Under the pieces are notes generated by a model that had not been told where the DNA came from, did not search any database, and worked only from the letters and a program-made list of their open reading frames with translations. Shown one piece after another: positions 20,947 to 31,090 of a DNA stretch of 64,000 nt (position 1 is the first letter of the stretch; each line of letters starts with the position of its first letter). Source of the DNA: Patescibacteria group bacterium (GTDB taxonomy: Bacteria; Patescibacteriota; Patescibacteriia; UBA9570; JAHJKD01). The stretch is taken from NCBI GenBank assembly GCA_043798935.1, contig JAZDOC010000002.1, positions 20,874 to 84,873 on the forward strand. The letters run 5' to 3'. Both the position numbers and the translations under genes were made by a program.

Positions 20947-21768
20947 TTATTTATTGATACAACGCAATTTTTTTAATATCTTCAAATCTTTAACACGTTT
21001 ATCAATCGGTGTTTCTAAAATAAAGTTTATTTTTTTGATTCGTTTATCAGTTAGCCATAAAGCAAAACCGTGAATGCCGATTTTCCCTTGGCCAATATGT
21101 TCATGCCGATCTTTTTTAGAACCGAGTTCGACCATGGAATCATTAGCATGAATAAGTTTTAAATATTTCATTCCAATTTGTTTTGCAAAAACATTGAATA
21201 ATTCTTGGGGCGTATACCCATAGCCAAAAGCATGCATAACATCTAAACAAATGCCAACATGATGTTTTTGTAATCCCTGTAAAATAGTTTTCAGTTCTTT
21301 AAAGTCGCCACCAATTAATTCTCCGCTACCGGCTGTGTTCTCTATGAGAAATATGGTTTTCCCCTCATACCCTTTTAAACATGCATTTAAACTTTTAATA
21401 ACTTCATTAATGGCTTGATCACGTTTTTTATAACCAGCGGCTGTTCCTAAATGAGTCATTAAATATTTTACGCCCAACTGTGAACCACGCTCTAATTCTT
21501 CCCGAACCACGGAAATAGAGCTTTGTTTAATGCGACTATTTAATGAAGCGAAATTTATATAATACGGTGCGTGGATATAACTCTCTAATTTATATTGACT
21601 ACAGCGCTTTTTAAATAATTCGACATCTTCGGGATGTAATTTTATAGCCGATCCGCCCTGTGGTGGACGAGAAAAGAACTGGAAACACTCACAGCCTTCT
21701 TTATAAGCATTAAAGGGCGCATTAGATAGCTTGCCGGCAGCACTAACATGGGCACCAATTTTATTCAT
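20947..21768 (-). CDS. nfo: Endonuclease IV (AP endonuclease family 2, TIM barrel)
   Basis: MNKIGAHVSAAG… N-terminus and HxxD/HxNDS metal ligands (HANDS…). 273 aa. Confidence 0.75.
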   Translation of the reverse strand: MNKIGAHVSAAGKLSNAPFNAYKEGCECFQFFSRPPQGGSAIKLHPEDVELFKKRCSQYKLESYIHAPYYINFASLNSRIKQSSISVVREELERGSQLGVKYLMTHLGTAAGYKKRDQAINEVIKSLNACLKGYEGKTIFLIENTAGSGELIGGDFKELKTILQGLQKHHVGICLDVMHAFGYGYTPQELFNVFAKQIGMKYLKLIHANDSMVELGSKKDRHEHIGQGKIGIHGFALWLTDKRIKKINFILETPIDKRVKDLKILKKLRCINK

Positions 21769-21869
21769 GAGTTTATTATAGCAGAATTACGAAAAGTAGA
21801 AACACGAAAGCTCGAAACATTCGAAATAACGCGAAAAATGCAAAATGAAACAATGTAAAATAATAAAAA

Positions 21870-21897
21870 GCAGAGACGCGATTAATCGCGTCTCTGC
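21870..21897. terminator. Palindrome GCAGAGACGCG-attaat-CGCGTCTCTGC downstream of tig (member of the AGAGACGCG repeat family)
   Basis: Read directly. Confidence 0.55.
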
Positions 21898-21927
21898 AGG
21901 ACAAACTCTAATGTATTGTTCTATATA

Positions 21928-23208
21928 TTATACCACAACAAAGCTTTCCAATAATGCAAAAGTTTTTTGATTAATCAAAATATTTTTTGCATACCGTTTA
22001 TACTGTTCGCTTTCAAATTGTTTGATCATGTCGGGCTCATCTTTGTAGGGTGCAATAGTTTTTTCAATTTCTTCGGCTACTTCTTTGTCGGTAGCATCAA
22101 TTTTTTCAGCTTCAGCGACCGCCTTGGCGATCATGCCGGTTTTAATTCTTTTTTCCGCATTAGGTTGGAAATCTCTTTTAATGTCATCTTCGGTTTTTTT
22201 GATGTGCTGTAAATAATCTGCAAACTTACCACCCGAATTTTCAACATTGTGTTTAAATTCGTGCATCATTTTCTGGATCTCGATTTCCAACATCTCTTCT
22301 GGAATCGGATCAAAAGTAGATTTAGAAATAATTTCTTCTAAAATTGCTAATTCCAATCGTTCTTTTTCTTTTTGCTCTAATTCCATGTTGATATTATCAC
22401 GAATTTGTTTTTCCAATTCGGCCCAAGTTTTAAAATTTAATCCTTTAGCAAACTCATCGTTAAGCTCGGGTAAAGTAATTTCATAAACTGCTTGCACCTT
22501 AGCTTCGACATCACATTCTCTGTCAGCTAATTTCTTTTCGAAATAATCTTTGGGAAAAGTAATTTTAAAATTCTTGGTTTCACCGGTTTTTAGACCCATT
22601 AAATTATCTTCAAAACCAGGAATAAACTTTTTCTCTCCAATAACAATGGGGTATTTTTTTCCTTGTCCACCCTCAATAACCACACCGGCTAATTTGATAG
22701 TGAAATCAACTTCTACTTTGTCGTCTTTTTTAGCAGTTCGTTCTACTAATTTTTCTTGAGCGCGAAGCTTACGTAAATCAGCCAAAGTTTTTTTAACTTT
22801 TTCTTCATCGGTTTTTACAACCTGTTTTTTAACTGTTAAAGTTTTGTAATCACCTAATTTTATTTTAGGCATCAAGACGAAAGTAACTTTATATACTACG
22901 GGATTTCCCGGAGCGATTTTCTCGGCGTCCACTTTGGGCTGACCAACAAAATCGATGTTTTCTTTTTTAACTATCTCGGGCAGAGTTTTATTAACGATGT
23001 TATAAAAAGCTTCTTCGTAAATAGTGGCTTCTCCAACATGTTGCTTTAAAATATCATAAGGCACTTTGCCTTTACGAAACCCTGGAATGCTAACCTCTTG
23101 AGAAATTTTTAACGCCGCTTTGGCTAGGAATGGTTTTACGTCGGTATTGTCGAGTTCAACCAATAATTCTAGTTTACGGTCGGCTAATTCTTTTTTATCA
23201 ATTTTCAT
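21928..23208 (-). CDS. tig: Trigger factor (ribosome-associated chaperone, PPIase)
   Basis: Domain order and N-terminal ribosome-binding region (GFRKGKVP). 426 aa. Confidence 0.85.
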   Translation of the reverse strand: MKIDKKELADRKLELLVELDNTDVKPFLAKAALKISQEVSIPGFRKGKVPYDILKQHVGEATIYEEAFYNIVNKTLPEIVKKENIDFVGQPKVDAEKIAPGNPVVYKVTFVLMPKIKLGDYKTLTVKKQVVKTDEEKVKKTLADLRKLRAQEKLVERTAKKDDKVEVDFTIKLAGVVIEGGQGKKYPIVIGEKKFIPGFEDNLMGLKTGETKNFKITFPKDYFEKKLADRECDVEAKVQAVYEITLPELNDEFAKGLNFKTWAELEKQIRDNINMELEQKEKERLELAILEEIISKSTFDPIPEEMLEIEIQKMMHEFKHNVENSGGKFADYLQHIKKTEDDIKRDFQPNAEKRIKTGMIAKAVAEAEKIDATDKEVAEEIEKTIAPYKDEPDMIKQFESEQYKRYAKNILINQKTFALLESFVVV

Positions 23209-23218
23209 GCCTTATAGA

Positions 23219-25213
23219 TTAAATTAATAATGATACTAATAACAAAGCTACGATGTTTAAAATTTTAATCATGGGATTAATAGCTGGACCGGCTGTATCT
23301 TTGTAAGGGTCGCCTACGGTATCACCGGTAACAGCGGCTTTATGAGCCGGAGAACCTTTACCACCATGATTTCCATTTTCGATGTATTTTTTAGCATTGT
23401 CCCAAGCGCCTCCACCTGACGTCATGGAGATGGCCACAAATATTCCAGTGACGATACTACCAACTAATAAACCACCTAAAGCAACCGGGCCTAAAACAAA
23501 ACCAATTATAGCTGGAACTAATACCGGGATTAAAGCCGGCACGATCATTTGTTTGATTGCCGCTTTAGTAACAATGTCTACACAACGTGCATAATCTGGT
23601 TTGGCAGTACCAGCCATGATACCTGGGATTTCTTTAAATTGACGCCGCACTTCATTAACTACTTTACCCGCTGTTTTACCAACAGCTTCCATGGATAAAG
23701 CGCTAAAATAATATGGCAATAAACCACCAATAAATAAGCCTACTATAACTTTCGGATCTTCTAAAACAAATTTTAAAGTGTGACCTAAATCTGCGAACTC
23801 TTGAGTATAGGCAGCAAATAATACTAGAGCAGCCAGTGCAGCCGAACCAATAGCATAGCCTTTGGTAACAGCTTTAGTTGTATTACCGACTGCATCTAAA
23901 GGGTCTGTGATATCGCGCACTTCTTTTGGTAATTCTGCCATTTCGGCAATACCACCAGCATTATCGGTTATAGGGCCGTAAGAATCAATAGCCACGATAA
24001 TACCAGCCATAGACAGCATGCTCATGGCGGCTACAGCAATGCCGTAAAGACCGGCAAAGTAATAAGCTGCTAAAATACCAGCTGAAATTACAAGTACTGG
24101 AAGCATGGTAGATTTCATAGATACTGCTAAACCTTGAATAACATTGGTACCGTGGCCAGACTCGGAAGCCTTAGCAATGGAACGCACAGGTTTATATTTT
24201 GTAGAAGTATAATACTCTGTGATTAAAACCAAGCCGGCTGTCACAACTAATCCGATTAATGCCGAAAAATAAATTTCATTAACATTATAAATTCCATTAT
24301 CAACCATTAACCATTTAGTGACAGGATAAAAAGCAATGCCAGCTAAAATTCCAGAAACAGCTAAACCTTTATATAAAGCATTCATGATATTTTTGGTTTT
24401 TCCCAATCGAATAAACCATGTGCCAACGATAGATGCTAAAATAGCAATGCCACCAAGAACTAAGGGGAATAATAATGCATTATCAAAACCTTTAAAAGCT
24501 AATGAGCCAAGCAACATAGCGGCTACTGAAGTAACGGCATAGGTTTCAAATAAATCAGCGGCCATACCCGAACAATCACCAACGTTATCACCAACGTTAT
24601 CGGCAATCACAGCTGGATTACGTGGATCGTCTTCTGGAATACCAGCTTCGACTTTACCAACTAGATCAGCACCGACATCAGCGGCTTTGGTGTAAATACC
24701 GCCACCTAAACGAGCAAAAACCGAGATTAAACTTCCGCCAAAACCTAAACCTATTAATGCTTTAACATCGCCGAATATAGCAAAAAATCCGGCCACACCA
24801 AGCAGTGCTAAACCAACTACTAATAAACCTGTCACCGTGCCTCCCTGAACTGCAACTTGTAAAGCTTCTTTCAGTCCAGTACGGGCAGCTTCTGTGGTTC
24901 TAACATTAGCTCGCACCGAAACATTCATGCCCACATATCCAGCTAGAGCTGAAAAGACGGCTCCCACTAAAAATCCTAATGCTGTGTTTAAGTTTAATAT
25001 TAACCATAACAATACAAATAACACCACGGCGATAACGGCAATGGTTTTATACTGACGGTTTAAATACGCTTTTGCGCCAGCTTGAATAGCAGCAGCAATT
25101 TCTTGCATTTTATCTGATCCGGCTGGTCTTTTTAAAATCATACGAATAAGCACTGCACCATAGACGATGGCAATGACAGAGCTTACTAAAGCAAAGATGA
25201 TCGAGTTACTCAT
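23219..25213 (-). CDS. hppA: Membrane-bound proton/sodium-translocating pyrophosphatase
   Basis: [19 protein letters not shown] and [19 protein letters not shown] signature motifs. ~16 TM. 664 aa. Confidence 0.9.
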   Translation of the reverse strand: MSNSIIFALVSSVIAIVYGAVLIRMILKRPAGSDKMQEIAAAIQAGAKAYLNRQYKTIAVIAVVLFVLLWLILNLNTALGFLVGAVFSALAGYVGMNVSVRANVRTTEAARTGLKEALQVAVQGGTVTGLLVVGLALLGVAGFFAIFGDVKALIGLGFGGSLISVFARLGGGIYTKAADVGADLVGKVEAGIPEDDPRNPAVIADNVGDNVGDCSGMAADLFETYAVTSVAAMLLGSLAFKGFDNALLFPLVLGGIAILASIVGTWFIRLGKTKNIMNALYKGLAVSGILAGIAFYPVTKWLMVDNGIYNVNEIYFSALIGLVVTAGLVLITEYYTSTKYKPVRSIAKASESGHGTNVIQGLAVSMKSTMLPVLVISAGILAAYYFAGLYGIAVAAMSMLSMAGIIVAIDSYGPITDNAGGIAEMAELPKEVRDITDPLDAVGNTTKAVTKGYAIGSAALAALVLFAAYTQEFADLGHTLKFVLEDPKVIVGLFIGGLLPYYFSALSMEAVGKTAGKVVNEVRRQFKEIPGIMAGTAKPDYARCVDIVTKAAIKQMIVPALIPVLVPAIIGFVLGPVALGGLLVGSIVTGIFVAISMTSGGGAWDNAKKYIENGNHGGKGSPAHKAAVTGDTVGDPYKDTAGPAINPMIKILNIVALLLVSLLI

Positions 25214-25243
25214 AGAATTTAATAATATTAATATTTTAAATAA

Positions 25244-26500
25244 TTAATTTTCTTTTTCTTCCACGACTTCTTCCACTGGCTCTTTGTCATCATCATCTTC
25301 ATTAGAATTTTCGGCATCGGTTTCTTTATTAACTGATTCTTCATCTTTACGAACATCAATTTTCCAACCAGTTAATTTGGAAGCTAAGCGAACATTTTGA
25401 CCACTGCGACCAATGGCTAAAGAAAGCTGATCTTCTTTAACTTCAGCTACGGCTATCTTTTCTTCATCATTTAACTTAACTGAAATAACTTTGGCCGGAG
25501 ATAAAGCATTAATAATGAATCTTACCGGATCTTCACTGTATTCTACGATGTCTATTTTTTCACTATTCAATTCGCCGATCACGGTTTGCACTCTGGTACC
25601 ACGTTGACCAACACATGAACCAATCGGATCGATGCTGTCGTCGTGGGCTATAACAGCAATTTTTGTTCTTGAACCAGCTTCACGGGCTACTGATTTCACT
25701 TCGATAGTACCGTTTTCAATTTCAGGAACCTCGGCCACAAATAATTCTTTTACTAAATCACCATGCGAACGAGAAGCCATCATTTCTGGTCCTTTATTTG
25801 TTTTTTCAACTGACAATAATAAAACTTTTATTCTTTGACCTGAACGGTATTGTTCACCCGGAATTTGTTCAGACGGTGGCAACATGGCTACAGCCTGACC
25901 TAAATCTATAAACACCATGCGACCTTCAACTCTTTGCACGATACCATTAATAATTTCACCAGCCCGGTCTTTATAAGTGTTAAATAATGTTTCTCTTTCA
26001 GCTTCACGTAATTTCTGAATAATTACTTGTTTAGCGGTTTGGGCAGCCATCCGACCATAGCCAGTAGGAGTTTCTAGTTCAGTTTTTAATTCATCGCCTA
26101 AGATAGCGTCGAATTTTATTTTCTTAGCTTCAGATAGTGCAATATCGGTTTTTACATTGAAGCGTTCTTTTTTTTCAAATTCTTCACCGGCTTCCTGCGC
26201 TTTATACATTTCTTCTTTTTCCAGTGCTAAAATCTTTTCTCGTTCTTCCGGATCCATGTCTTTCTCTTTTTCATATTCTTTATAAAGCTCGTCAGAAACA
26301 ACGGTCATTACTTCATAAAGACGTGAGGAGCCATCGTTAGGATTAAATTCGGCGCGAATATCGTATCCTTTTTTTGAAAATTCTTTACGATACGCTACGG
26401 CCAAAGCGCTTTCAATGGTTTCGATAACCGAAGCAAAGGAAACTCCTTTTTCTTCGCATATCTGTTTCATGGCAGCGCTTAAATCGGCTGTGTTAATCAT
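25244..26500 (-). CDS. nusA: Transcription termination/antitermination factor NusA
   Basis: N-terminal NusA domain (…EEKGVSFASVIETIESALAVAYRK…), S1 and KH regions, acidic C-terminal tail. Confidence 0.85.
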   Translation of the reverse strand: MINTADLSAAMKQICEEKGVSFASVIETIESALAVAYRKEFSKKGYDIRAEFNPNDGSSRLYEVMTVVSDELYKEYEKEKDMDPEEREKILALEKEEMYKAQEAGEEFEKKERFNVKTDIALSEAKKIKFDAILGDELKTELETPTGYGRMAAQTAKQVIIQKLREAERETLFNTYKDRAGEIINGIVQRVEGRMVFIDLGQAVAMLPPSEQIPGEQYRSGQRIKVLLLSVEKTNKGPEMMASRSHGDLVKELFVAEVPEIENGTIEVKSVAREAGSRTKIAVIAHDDSIDPIGSCVGQRGTRVQTVIGELNSEKIDIVEYSEDPVRFIINALSPAKVISVKLNDEEKIAVAEVKEDQLSLAIGRSGQNVRLASKLTGWKIDVRKDEESVNKETDAENSNEDDDDKEPVEEVVEEKEN

Positions 26501-26526
26501 GTTGATTATTATTTATTTAATAAAAA

Positions 26527-26551
26527 AACTAGTATTGGGAATATACTAGTT
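26527..26551 (-). terminator. Intrinsic-terminator-like hairpin (AACTAGTAT-n7-ATACTAGTT plus T6 on the minus strand) inside the nusA 5' leader
   Basis: 9-bp perfect stem followed on the minus strand by TTTTTTA. Lies between the predicted nusA promoter and the start codon. Confidence 0.5.
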
Positions 26552-26565
26552 AATATACATGTCAA

Positions 26566-26594
26566 ATCATACTATGCGACTAGTTATTTGTCAA
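26566..26594 (-). promoter_or_regulatory. Consensus sigma70-type promoter for nusA (TTGACA-17 nt-TATGAT)
   Basis: Minus-strand TTGACA (26594-26589), 17-nt spacer, TATGAT (26571-26566). Confidence 0.55.
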
Positions 26595-26939
26595 TCTTCA
26601 TTTTTCAACCATTGACAAATTAACAATATTGTGCTAGGGTGAAGATAATATGAACCAAATAATCCAAAACATTACTGAAAAAACTTCTGGCATTCGTCTT
26701 TTATGCTTATGTTTTAATATGTTGCGGATTAATACTAATTGATAAAAAATAAAGAACTCGTCAGTTAATACAAGTCCGCAAATAAAGCGGATTTTTCGTT
26801 CTTTTCAATACATTCCGGAGGGAATAGACATGAAATAAATGAGTGAAGTGTGGATAGAAAATAAACAGAATTATTTTCTGCCCTTACTTCGGCCAATTAT
26901 ATGTGTCTGTGCTGATATATTACACTACGTGTTTATATA

Positions 26940-27055
26940 TATCAGGAGAGTTCCTTTGCCTCATCCCCTAGGGATTGCGGCTACCAAAAAGGAACATCTC
27001 AGACAACGCGCTTAAGAATACCAATTCTAATAGCACGTTGTCTCACCCTTTTTAT
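26940..27055 (+). ncRNA. Candidate small structured RNA with its own intrinsic terminator (unknown family)
   Basis: Nested stems (GAGTTCCTTT…AAAGGAAC; CCCTAGGG palindrome). Terminator AGACAACGCGC…GCACGTTGTCT followed by CACCCTTTTTAT. No ORF; lies in a 575-bp gene-free region. Confidence 0.3.
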
Positions 27056-27075
27056 AAATAAATGATTTTAAATAT

Positions 27076-27120
27076 AAAATAAACTAGCCCACTGGCACAA
27101 AGCCAGGGGCTAGTTTATTA
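27076..27120 (-). terminator. Intrinsic terminator of the argF-arcC transcript (hairpin CTAGCCCACTGGC-acaaa-GCCAGGGGCTAG)
   Basis: GC-rich stem-loop immediately 3' of the OTC stop on the minus strand, followed by a T-rich run. Near-identical hairpin at 58877-58918. Confidence 0.55.
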
Positions 27121-27134
27121 TCATGAGAATATTA

Positions 27135-28064
27135 TTATATTCGATCTAATAAATATTTTAAAATCGCTTTTTGCGCGTGCAAACGATTTTCAGCTTGATC
27201 AAAAACTATTGATTGAGGGCCATCGATTACTTCAGCAGTTTGTTCATATCCGCGCATGGCCGGCAAGCAATTCATAAATAGTACATCAGCTTTAGCATGT
27301 TTCATTAAATCGGCATTAACCTGAAACGGCATCAGCAGGGCTTTGCGCTCGGCTTCTCTGTCTTTGGCTACATGATAACTCATCCAGGAATCCGTATAAA
27401 TTACATCAGCATCTTTAGCGGCTTCAGCTGCGTCGTGTAAAACTCTAATTACCGAACCGGTAATTTTAGCAATCTCATTAGCTTCATCAACAAACTGTTG
27501 TTTGGGTTTAACTTCTTCATTTTCCGGGCAGGCCACATCAATATTCATGCCAGTTAAAGCCGCGCCGTGTAGAAGCGAATAGGTAACATTGTTTTCGCAA
27601 TCTCCAAAGTAAGCGATTTTTAATCCTTTCAGTTCGCCTTTTTTTTCTTTAATGGTTTGTAAATCAGCCATAATTTGGCAAGGATGATTTTGTTCAGACA
27701 AAGCATCGATTACCGGTACGCCGGCATTATCAGCCAGCGCTTTAATATCTGAAAAGTGAAACATGCGCGCCATGATTACATCTGCAAAACGCCCTGAACA
27801 TTTAGCTGTGTCTTCGATGGTTTCCTTTTTACCTAATGGTGAAGTTGAGACATCATAATAAATAGCATGCCCGCCTAACTGTGTGGCGCCAACTTCAAAA
27901 CTAACTCTGGTACGCAGTGACGGTTTTTCAAAAATCATCATTAATGTTTTGTGTTTCATTACTTCGCGATAATCATCAGGATTTTTTTTCATAGTGATGG
28001 CCAGGTCTAAAACCTCATTAATTTCTTGGGGTTGCCACTCGGCTAGTGAAAGCAAATGTTTCAT
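27135..28064 (-). CDS. argF: Ornithine carbamoyltransferase
   Basis: SLRTR carbamoyl-phosphate motif, HPCQ ornithine-binding motif. 309 aa. Adjacent to carbamate kinase. Confidence 0.8.
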   Translation of the reverse strand: MKHLLSLAEWQPQEINEVLDLAITMKKNPDDYREVMKHKTLMMIFEKPSLRTRVSFEVGATQLGGHAIYYDVSTSPLGKKETIEDTAKCSGRFADVIMARMFHFSDIKALADNAGVPVIDALSEQNHPCQIMADLQTIKEKKGELKGLKIAYFGDCENNVTYSLLHGAALTGMNIDVACPENEEVKPKQQFVDEANEIAKITGSVIRVLHDAAEAAKDADVIYTDSWMSYHVAKDREAERKALLMPFQVNADLMKHAKADVLFMNCLPAMRGYEQTAEVIDGPQSIVFDQAENRLHAQKAILKYLLDRI

Positions 28065-28086
28065 AGTGTTTATTTATTTAATATTA

Positions 28087-28992
28087 TTAATTAATTATTT
28101 GGGTTCCGGTTTCGCCGGACAAAGCTTCTAATATTTTAAAGGGGTGGGTAATAATTACTTTCTCGCCATGACCTTTTTCCAAAAACTCAATAGCCGCCTC
28201 TATTTTTGGCAACATGGATCCTTTAGCGAAATGACCCTCGACAATATATTTTTTAGCTTCATCGACGGTTAGAGAATTTAAATCTTTTTGTTCAGGAGTA
28301 TTATAATTTAACGCCACTTTTTCTACATCAGTTAAAACTATAAAGATGTCAGCCTCTAGTTCGCGCGCTAATAATTGACCGGCACGGTCTTTATCAATTA
28401 CTGCGTCCACGCCTTCGTAACCATTTTCTTTTTTAACCACCGGTATACCACCGCCACCTGAAGCTATTACCAAAACATCATTATCAATTAATTTTTTTAT
28501 AACGTCTAACTCCACGATATGATCTGGAATAGGTGATGGCACGACTCTTCTAAAACCCCGGCCGGCATCTTCAATCATGTCGTCAGATATTTTTTCTTTA
28601 TAAAATGGACCAACTGGTTTAGATGGATTTTGAAAAGATGAATCCTTGGCATCAACTGCTACCTGAGTAATGATTGTTGCTACGTTAGCCGTGTCACCTA
28701 AAATATTTTTTAAACTTTGTTGAATTAAATAACCAATCTGCCCCTGAGTTTGCGCGCCACACATAAACATAGGCAACGCACAAACCTGATCTCTTCCGGC
28801 GTGATGCTGGATCAGTAAATTACCAACCTGCGGACCATTACCATGAGTGAGCACAACTTCATGCCCGGCTTTTCTAAGCTCGGCAATTTTTTCCATGGTT
28901 TTATGAATGTTATTTCTTTGTTCTTCATAAGTTCCTTTTTCATTAGCACTTTGAATAGCATTACCGCCTAAAGCAATTACAATTTTCGACAT
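28087..28992 (-). CDS. arcC: Carbamate kinase
   Basis: MSKIVIALGGNAI… amino-acid-kinase fold N-terminus. 301 aa. Confidence 0.8.
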   Translation of the reverse strand: MSKIVIALGGNAIQSANEKGTYEEQRNNIHKTMEKIAELRKAGHEVVLTHGNGPQVGNLLIQHHAGRDQVCALPMFMCGAQTQGQIGYLIQQSLKNILGDTANVATIITQVAVDAKDSSFQNPSKPVGPFYKEKISDDMIEDAGRGFRRVVPSPIPDHIVELDVIKKLIDNDVLVIASGGGGIPVVKKENGYEGVDAVIDKDRAGQLLARELEADIFIVLTDVEKVALNYNTPEQKDLNSLTVDEAKKYIVEGHFAKGSMLPKIEAAIEFLEKGHGEKVIITHPFKILEALSGETGTQIIN

Positions 28993-29026
28993 AAATAAAT
29001 ATTATTAATAATTAACGGGTGGACTT

Positions 29027-29404
29027 TTATTTTAACAAAATATTCTCAAAAAATCTAACCCGCGCTTGATTATTGTAAGACGAATAGATAATAGCCAGAA
29101 TATCTATTTGATAAATAAATTGTAAATGTTCTGGGTGTTGGCGTAAATATATGGTCACAGCGCGTTTAGCTTTTTGATATTTAGAACGAGTGACGGCTTG
29201 TTCGGGGCGACCATAACGCAAAGTGGCTCTGGTTTTAACTTCAATAAAATGTAAACGATTATCTCTTTCAGCCACAATATCAATTTCACCCCACTTGGTA
29301 AAAAAGTTGGTTTCAATAATGTTGAATTTTTTACTGATTAAATATTTAGTGGCAATAGCCTCACCGACCTTGCCGAATTGTTGATTGTACATAATTAGTG
29401 TCAA
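29027..29404 (-). CDS. yraN: UPF0102 protein YraN (restriction-endonuclease-like fold)
   Basis: GEAIATKYL…EIDIVAERD…FIEVKTR matches the YraN family. 125 aa. Confidence 0.7.
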   Translation of the reverse strand: MTLIMYNQQFGKVGEAIATKYLISKKFNIIETNFFTKWGEIDIVAERDNRLHFIEVKTRATLRYGRPEQAVTRSKYQKAKRAVTIYLRQHPEHLQFIYQIDILAIIYSSYNNQARVRFFENILLK

Positions 29405-29472
29405 ACCCTTCGATAAAATAAAAAAACGCTATGAGCGCCCGTTTATTTTGCTTTTAATACTATGCTATCAAA

Positions 29473-30021
29473 CTATTTCTCAAAAATCAAACCCCAGTGA
29501 CACTGCCCGGCTTCAAATTCATCGATGAGCTTTAAACCCAATTCTTGGCAAATCTCTTTAATTTGATTGGGTGAAACTCGCATATCGATTGGCGGACCGA
29601 GCGGTGATTTTTGATCAGACTTCCAGTCTACAACAACTAATTTTCCGGTTGGCTTTATCATGCGGATGCTTTCACGAACCATGTCACCATGGCGTTTCGA
29701 CTGAAACAATGTGGTTACTAAAAAACCCACGTCCAAGCTATTATCGCTAATGGCTTTTGTAGCACCGTAAATTTCTAAATCACTCCAAACAGTTTGCATA
29801 TTTTTTATACCATGAATCGCGGCTTTAGTTTGTAAGGCCGGCAGAATGCTTTTTACAATATCCACGGCATATGCGATACCATCTTCACCAATAATATTTG
29901 ATGATGCTAATGCCATGCGCCCTTCGCGCCCAGTTCCAAGGTCAGCAATAACATCGCCCCGTTTAACACCGGCGCGTTGTAAAATATTTAATACATTGAA
30001 CATTACTGTTTCATATGGCAT
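29473..30021 (-). CDS. Small class I SAM-dependent methyltransferase
   Basis: Motif I VIADLGTGREG. Acidic motif II. 182 aa. Confidence 0.55.
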   Translation of the reverse strand: MPYETVMFNVLNILQRAGVKRGDVIADLGTGREGRMALASSNIIGEDGIAYAVDIVKSILPALQTKAAIHGIKNMQTVWSDLEIYGATKAISDNSLDVGFLVTTLFQSKRHGDMVRESIRMIKPTGKLVVVDWKSDQKSPLGPPIDMRVSPNQIKEICQELGLKLIDEFEAGQCHWGLIFEK

Positions 30022-30058
30022 AGTTACATTATAGCAAAATTATCTAAAATAAATCAAT

Positions 30059-31087
30059 ATGAAGAAATACTATCTCTTAATTCTATTTATCGCTCTGTCA
30101 ATTACCATTATTGGTTGTACGGCCGATAAAAAAGAGCAGATGCCAAAAACAGCACAATCAAACACCGATAACAACACAGTTGTTAACAAAAACAATAAAA
30201 AAGAACAAACCAAGGATTATTTAATGTTTACCTTAAATGTTCATGACTGGGTTTTCCCGGATAAAAGCGCTGATGCGGTTATTAAAACAATTAACCTCCA
30301 TGAAAAGTATAATGTTCCTTTAGATATTTATTTAGACGATCAAGTTATGCAAGTTTATTTAGCAGACTATCCAGAAGTTATCGAAAAAATTAAATCTTCT
30401 AGCTTAGTTGCCGTGTCTTATCATGTGCGAGCACCGCATCCTATGTCTTCCGGTTTTACTTTTTTGTTGAAAGATAGAAATCAGTTAATTGATTACGAAG
30501 AGCATGCGTTAAACTTAGAAACTGGTCAGTACATAGAAAGCAAGCCAGGAGGATATCAGTTGATTAAAGACACTTTTGGTTATGCGCCACTGGCAGTGGG
30601 TGTTACTAAAAATGATGTAGAAAAAGTTTATGCAGATAAAGGTGCAACCTTTAAAATCATTCATGGACAAGAAATTAAGCTTGGTGATAAAAGTGATTAT
30701 CTTTATTACCGACCCGAGAATGTTGAAATAAAATGGTACGAGCAAAATAGAGCCTATATGCACAACGACATTACAGCTCAAGAATTAATTGCAAACAGCA
30801 TCGGCAATCAAAAAAGAGGTGGTTTGTTTATAAACATTAAAATGCATGAAAACAATTATTATACCGAAGACACTCCCTTCTGGCCGGTTTACTGGCAAGA
30901 CAGCCAAAAGACCCTGCCTCTGCAACCACCTTACGACACATCAGCTGGACAAAAACAAATAAGAATAAGACCGGCTGATTATACTCAATCCATGTGGGAA
31001 TTTTACGAAAACGCTTTGCAGTATGCTTCGGAAAATTTAGATCAATTTGAATTAGTTAATAATAAAGACTTGTTAGATTTATTATAA
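30059..31087 (+). CDS. Putative lipoprotein, hypothetical (342 aa)
   Basis: Signal peptide with lipobox LSITIIGC. No family recognised. Confidence 0.45.
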   Translation: MKKYYLLILFIALSITIIGCTADKKEQMPKTAQSNTDNNTVVNKNNKKEQTKDYLMFTLNVHDWVFPDKSADAVIKTINLHEKYNVPLDIYLDDQVMQVYLADYPEVIEKIKSSSLVAVSYHVRAPHPMSSGFTFLLKDRNQLIDYEEHALNLETGQYIESKPGGYQLIKDTFGYAPLAVGVTKNDVEKVYADKGATFKIIHGQEIKLGDKSDYLYYRPENVEIKWYEQNRAYMHNDITAQELIANSIGNQKRGGLFINIKMHENNYYTEDTPFWPVYWQDSQKTLPLQPPYDTSAGQKQIRIRPADYTQSMWEFYENALQYASENLDQFELVNNKDLLDLL

Positions 31088-31090
31088 AAA

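Noticed and set aside
21780-21868. Apparent GAAA-rich periodic stretch (…ACGAAAAGTAGAAACACGAAAGCTCGAAACATTCGAAATAACGCGAAAAATG…) as a repeat or binding array
   Set aside because: The periodicity is irregular (CGAAA spacing varies) and the stretch is short. It is more likely low-complexity AT/GA-rich sequence upstream of nfo.
26500-27130. Possibility that the long non-coding region hides tmRNA, RNase P RNA, SRP RNA or a 5S/23S fragment
   Set aside because: I could not find the tRNA-like 3' end (GGTTCGAnTCC plus acceptor) or the tmRNA 5' start. I also saw no RNase P P4 strands (AGGAAAGTCCGGGCTCC / ACAGAACCCGGCTTA), no SRP domain IV, and no rRNA blocks on either strand. It is kept only as an unclassified candidate.
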